DNA from: an uncultured Acidobacteriota bacterium
GTDB lineage: Bacteria > Acidobacteriota > Terriglobia > UBA7540
Reading direction: 5' to 3'
NCBI GenBank assembly: GCA_963804995.1
Contig: CAWDSK010000005.1
Span: 992,001-1,056,000 of the forward strand
Length of the DNA stretch: 64,000 bases
Shown: in pieces, positions 59,802 through 64,000 of the stretch
Position numbering within the stretch: the first letter of the stretch is position 1
Layout of the letters: the number at the start of each line of letters is the position of its first letter
Notes under the pieces: generated by a model
What the model was told of the DNA's origin: nothing
Databases searched by the model: none
The model's input: the letters and a program-made list of their open reading frames with translations, nothing else
Translations under genes and position numbers: made by a program

Positions 59802-60763
59802 CGACAGAAGCCAAGGTCGGAATCTTCGTTCTCGCTTCTCTGGCGCTCCTGGCGTATACGCTTATCCACTTGGTGAACGCGGAGTTCCGAGGCGGGGGCG
59901 TGCCCTATCGCACGTACTTGGGCTATGCCGGGGGACTTGAAGCCGGTAACGATGTGCTGTTCGCAGGCATCACGGCGGGCAAAGTCACGGCGGTGAGGCC
60001 CTGGGCGGCGGATCCGACCCGTATCGAGATTCTTTTGCAACTTAAAAAGGAAATACCTGTGAACGAGAAGTCCGTAGCGAAGCTCGGCTCCATCAGCTTC
60101 ATGAGCGACCCGGCCCTGATGATTAGCCCCGGTAGCAATAAGGTACCCCGGCTCCACGCTGGAGCAGTCATCCCCTCGGCGGAGTCGCCCAGCATGGATG
60201 AACTCACCGGCGAAATAGCTACCGTGGCGGACAACGCCAATGGCCTGATTACGCAGGCCAAGGGGGAGTTGGGCGGAATCAGCGCCGACGCGCGAACACT
60301 CCTTGCCAATCTAAACTCCTTGACTGGCCGGACTAACCAAAAACAGATTGAAACCTTATTAAAGCAAACGAACGGACTCTTGGCCGACGAGCGGCCGAAG
60401 ATCGACCGCATCGCTGACCAAATGTTAGCACTGACGCAGCATGCGGATGCGGTGATGGCGAAGGTTGGGCCGGTGGTCGATCATGCCGACGGCGCCATTC
60501 AGAACGCCAATGCCACCGTCGGCGATCTGCACGAGCCCCTCCGCAAGGATCTTGAGGAGCTTCAGAGCACGTTGAACGAGGCCAGGAGCCTGCTCGCAAC
60601 CATGCAGGTCATCGTCAGGGCCAACGATAATAAACTCGATGACACGGTTGAAAATCTGCGCATCGCTACGGAGAACCTGGACCAACTGACGGATTCGCTC
60701 AAGCAGCGGCCGTGGAGCCTGATTCGTATTAAACAGGACAAGGACCGCAAAGTGCCGCAATAG
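59798..60763 (+). CDS. mlaD: MlaD/MCE family protein with coiled-coil tail
   Basis: AKVGIFV anchor, AGGLEAGNDVLFAGITAGKV, helical tail ending QRPWSLIR. Confidence 0.85.
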   Translation: MTTEAKVGIFVLASLALLAYTLIHLVNAEFRGGGVPYRTYLGYAGGLEAGNDVLFAGITAGKVTAVRPWAADPTRIEILLQLKKEIPVNEKSVAKLGSISFMSDPALMISPGSNKVPRLHAGAVIPSAESPSMDELTGEIATVADNANGLITQAKGELGGISADARTLLANLNSLTGRTNQKQIETLLKQTNGLLADERPKIDRIADQMLALTQHADAVMAKVGPVVDHADGAIQNANATVGDLHEPLRKDLEELQSTLNEARSLLATMQVIVRANDNKLDDTVENLRIATENLDQLTDSLKQRPWSLIRIKQDKDRKVPQ

Positions 60764-60775
60764 GGGAAGCCAAAT

Positions 60776-61405
60776 ATGACTAGACGCCTGACCGCAACTC
60801 TTGCCACGCTCACAATTTCCGCCTGCCTGATTGGCTGCGTCAATAGGACCAGGTTTCCAGCCTATTACACACTGCATGTGCCTCCGGCCATTGACGTGCC
60901 CATCGCGGGAGGAACCCGCTCATCCCTGGCGGTACGTGAATTCCGTTCGCCGGCGTACCTCTGCCAAGGCGCCATTGTCTACCGCACGTCGCCGGAACAG
61001 ATTGGCTTTTATCAGTATCACCGCTGGGCAGTTGACCCGCGCGAGTTTGTGACCAACGCCGTCATCGACCGCCTGCGTGCGACCGGCAGATTCGCCGAGG
61101 TGAGGGCCTACGACGGGCGTTCAGACGTCGATTTCGTCCTCAACGGACGCCTGGAGAAGCTCGAGGAGGAGGACTATGAAGGCGGCGTCAGGGTAGAAGT
61201 CGCGCTTTCCGCGGAGATCACGGACTCGCGTGCCGGTAAGACAGTTTGGACCAACGCCGCGTCAGAGAGCGTGCGGGTAGACAAGCGAAACATACAGGCA
61301 GTGGTAGCCGAGATGAGCCAGGCAATGGACCGCGCGATCCAGAAGCTGGTGGCATCGCTTACAGTTTCCCCTACATCCAGCCTTAATCCTTCCCTCCAGA
61401 AATGA
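60776..61405 (+). CDS. PqiC-like ABC transport auxiliary lipoprotein
   Basis: Lipobox-like LIGC, YYTL, IVYR, YHRWAVDP. Follows the MCE gene. Confidence 0.8.
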   Translation: MTRRLTATLATLTISACLIGCVNRTRFPAYYTLHVPPAIDVPIAGGTRSSLAVREFRSPAYLCQGAIVYRTSPEQIGFYQYHRWAVDPREFVTNAVIDRLRATGRFAEVRAYDGRSDVDFVLNGRLEKLEEEDYEGGVRVEVALSAEITDSRAGKTVWTNAASESVRVDKRNIQAVVAEMSQAMDRAIQKLVASLTVSPTSSLNPSLQK

Positions 61406-61502
61406 CCCTCCACCCGGCCCGCTCCGGCCATCAAAGCGCCGGGCGGGCCCCTCTCTCCAGAGCAAGGGCTGAAAACATAGGTGATGGCCCCCCCTTAGGC
61501 AG

Positions 61503-63527
61503 CTTAGCCGAACTTTCGCACTTCAGGGTGTTGAGTTGGGTTAACTCGCTTCTTTTCAGTACAGGCATTGCCAAGGTCTGGCCTACAAACGCAGCATTCC
61601 AGCAGGAAAGATTTCCGGCTGGACCGTGATCCTGGGCGGTGGCTGAGTGGGGAGCACGAGCTGCAGTTCGTGCAACAGGAGCTTTTGTTCGGGTGTCGGC
61701 TCGGTGTAGCGGGGCATCACTAATCGGCGCCCATCCGTGGTCGGGAAAGACACATCGAGCATCTGCATGCCCGCCAGCTTCTCCAGCACCGCTTTCGGCG
61801 TCAGGCCCGGAGCGTGGGCCTGCAGACGCTGTTTCAGCGTCACCCACAAGCCGTACGCCAGAAAGGCAATGAGGATGTGGGCCTCGACGCGATGTTCTAT
61901 TTGATGATAAATCGGCCGAATTCCCAGCTCACTCTTCAAACACTTAAAGGCCGCTTCGATCTGCGCCAGTTGCATGTAGCGGTCCCACAACACCTCGGGA
62001 TTTTCCCCCGTCAGATTGGTGCGCAACAGATAATGTCCATCGCGCCGCTCCGCTTCCTCCAACTTGCTGCGCTCGAGCCGGAACTGGAAGGTCTGGCGAG
62101 TCACTTCTTCCTGGGCCTTGGGCACGCTGATCTTCACGAAACCGAAGGCCCGTCCGGCTTCACTCTTGGCTGCTCCGATCTTCATCAGCAACGCATCACG
62201 CGTCGGACACACGCGCCGCAAGGCCCGCAGCCTCCACAACAGCCGTGCCAGCTTGCGTCGACGGATGGCCATCTCTTTCGCCTGGCGGCCTGCGCTCTTC
62301 GCCAGCACATACAACTCGCCTTCCTCCGCGAACAGTTTCACCTCTACCGACTCGCGCACCTTCCGCCACGGCAGTTCCGTCCACTTCGCTTCGTACTGCC
62401 GGATCTTGCCCCGTGGCGTCCCCACCAGGTAAAACATCTCCCGCCCCGGGGTGCGCATCTCCGCCAGCAGTTCTTCACTGGGAACTCCCCGATCCATCAT
62501 CCACACCCGCCGTGCCTTGCCGTACACGCTCTCGATCTTGTCCAGAAAACCGCGCAAGCTGTTCCGGTCGGAAGTATTCCCCTCCATCACTTCGTAGGCC
62601 AGCGGGAAACCTTCCGGCGTCAGCACCAGGGCGATCACCACCTGCCGACAGTCGAACCGCCCGTCCCGGCTGTAACCGTGGCGGGCTTTGGGAATCGCTT
62701 CCGCCTCTCCTTCCACATAGGTGCTGGTGAGATCGTAGAGGAGCAGATCAAAGCGCGCCGCAAAGAGGTCTTGCCACCGCAGCCGCAGGTGCTGGAACAA
62801 CTCCGCCTTGTGCGCCAGTATTCGATCCAGACAACGATAGAGCCGGTCCTTCTCGGCCACCGCGAAGTTCACTGCCAGCAACTCGGCCATGGCGGTCTGA
62901 TCGAACCAGTGCCGATGCACACGGAATTCGCTGCCCGGCTCGATCAACCGGTTCACCACCAGCAGCCGTAGCACCTTCTCCCACGGAACTCCCTCGCGCC
63001 CTTCCGGCAACCTCGCCTGCCAGAACTCGTCCAGCTTCAACTGGCGCCACAGCTCGCAGCCCAACCAACAGCCACCGAAGGTGCGCGGCCGCTCAACGCG
63101 CATTTCACTCAACTTCACTTGTACGCCGTCCACAGCATCCGCAGGAAGTTCGCGGTCCTCCGGGAAGAGGCTCAGGGACGCGAGGACGCGACGGTCCTCG
63201 TCAAAAACCTCCAGCGTCTTGCGCCACGCGGATTGTTGGCTGTCGTTGATTTCGCCCAGATACAGCACCGTCCGATGCACGACCTTCGAGCGCGACACGC
63301 GCCGACTCTCGACGATGCTGAAATAACGATGTTCCTTGCCGTCCTTTTTGCGTCGATGAATCTTCAGGTGCACGCCCCAGAATGCCAGACCTTCGCGCCC
63401 CAGAAAAGAGGGTAGGTCGGGCCTACAAGCACTCTTCAACCCGCGCCCATTGAAGGCAAAGACCTTGTGCACCGCAAGCTGCCAAAATCAGCCCGGTAGC
63501 GGGTGGAAGTGCGAAAGGCAGGTTAGG
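61503..63527 (-). mobile_element. IS1634 family insertion sequence
   Basis: Imperfect IRs CTTAGCCGAACTTTCGCACTTC / revcomp CCTAACCTGCCTTTCGCACTTC flanking the transposase. Confidence 0.85.
61583..63373 (-). CDS. IS1634 family DDE transposase
   Basis: LLYDLTSTYVEG, GYSRDGR, EGNTSD, MMDRG, DGHYLLRTN, IEAAFKCLK, RPIYHQ, AHILIAFLAY. Confidence 0.93.
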   Translation of the reverse strand: MHLKIHRRKKDGKEHRYFSIVESRRVSRSKVVHRTVLYLGEINDSQQSAWRKTLEVFDEDRRVLASLSLFPEDRELPADAVDGVQVKLSEMRVERPRTFGGCWLGCELWRQLKLDEFWQARLPEGREGVPWEKVLRLLVVNRLIEPGSEFRVHRHWFDQTAMAELLAVNFAVAEKDRLYRCLDRILAHKAELFQHLRLRWQDLFAARFDLLLYDLTSTYVEGEAEAIPKARHGYSRDGRFDCRQVVIALVLTPEGFPLAYEVMEGNTSDRNSLRGFLDKIESVYGKARRVWMMDRGVPSEELLAEMRTPGREMFYLVGTPRGKIRQYEAKWTELPWRKVRESVEVKLFAEEGELYVLAKSAGRQAKEMAIRRRKLARLLWRLRALRRVCPTRDALLMKIGAAKSEAGRAFGFVKISVPKAQEEVTRQTFQFRLERSKLEEAERRDGHYLLRTNLTGENPEVLWDRYMQLAQIEAAFKCLKSELGIRPIYHQIEHRVEAHILIAFLAYGLWVTLKQRLQAHAPGLTPKAVLEKLAGMQMLDVSFPTTDGRRLVMPRYTEPTPEQKLLLHELQLVLPTQPPPRITVQPEIFPAGMLRL

Positions 63528-63606
63528 AAGAGGTTGGCAGGCATAGGGAACCGAGTGAGTGCTTCCCCTTGAATTCTGATGGCCGCTGCCCACCCGTTGG
63601 CGGCAA

Positions 63607-63702
63607 GCTTTCACGAACTTCGTGAATTCGCGAAGAGATTGCGCGTAGCGGTTGGGCGAAGCCTCCTCTTTTCATGGCTTACCGGTTGGTCCCCGGATTG
63701 CA
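63607..63702 (+). promoter_or_regulatory. Second sigma54 promoter with the same upstream motif
   Basis: GCTTTCACGAACTTCGTGAATTCGCGAA at 63607-63634, and TGGTCCCCGGATTGCA (GG-N10-GC) at 63687-63702. Confidence 0.75.
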
Positions 63703-63758
63703 GTGATGAAGCTGAACTGCGGATGGGAGCAGGGGATAAAACCAAAAGGAGCGAAGCC

Positions 63759-64000
63759 ATGGACAGAATGCTGGTGGTCATCTTTGATTCGGAAACCAAA
63801 GCGTACGAAGGAAGGAAGGCGCTGCATCAGTTGGAAAGCGAGGGGAGTATTGCGATTTACGCCTATGCGGTGATTGGCAAGAATGCCGATGGCACCGTGG
63901 TCGTGAGGCAACTTGATGATCCGGGACCGCTCGGTACGCTGCTGGGAGCTTCACTGGGGAGTTTCATCGGTCTCCTCGGCGGGCCGGTGGGCGTTGCCGT
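63759..64000 (+). CDS. DUF1269 family membrane protein (runs off the window end)
   Basis: MDRMLVVIFDSETKAYEG...KNADG...GTLLGASLGSFIGLLGGPVGVA. RBS AAGGAG. Confidence 0.8.
   Translation, partial: MDRMLVVIFDSETKAYEGRKALHQLESEGSIAIYAYAVIGKNADGTVVVRQLDDPGPLGTLLGASLGSFIGLLGGPVGVA

Overview
This is GC-rich bacterial chromosomal DNA, most likely Acidobacteriota (Terriglobia-like). That call is inferred from the Oar-type TonB receptors, the CRTAC1/TPR cluster and the repeat families. Bases 1-43 kb form a large carbohydrate and amino-sugar utilisation region: two paralogous TonB-dependent receptors, GH3, GH78, GH42-like and GH39-like glycosidases, Tat-exported Gfo/Idh/MocA and IolE-like enzymes, amidohydrolases, peptidases and a DegT aminotransferase. 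Bases 44.7-49.6 kb carry egtD and an Egt1-like egtB, transcribed divergently from an OpuC/EgtU-type ABC importer. After tRNA-Lys(CTT) and a degenerate second copy of it comes an accessory-looking block: a decayed PAS/GAF kinase, three response regulators (one a sigma54 activator), a STAS-mlaEFD-pqiC operon, IS1634 and a DUF1269 gene. The main unexplained signals are: (1) a tandem array at 31.2-31.8 kb of a 34-bp motif, each copy followed at a fixed distance by an ATG; (2) a 28-bp motif exactly 81 bp upstream of two sigma54 promoters; (3) egtBD paired with a candidate ergothioneine transporter; (4) nested palindromic MITEs/REPs, one of them translated in frame inside a peptidase; (5) a ~120-bp non-coding element present twice. 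Several +1 frameshifts look like sequencing errors. All calls were made by eye, with no database searches.
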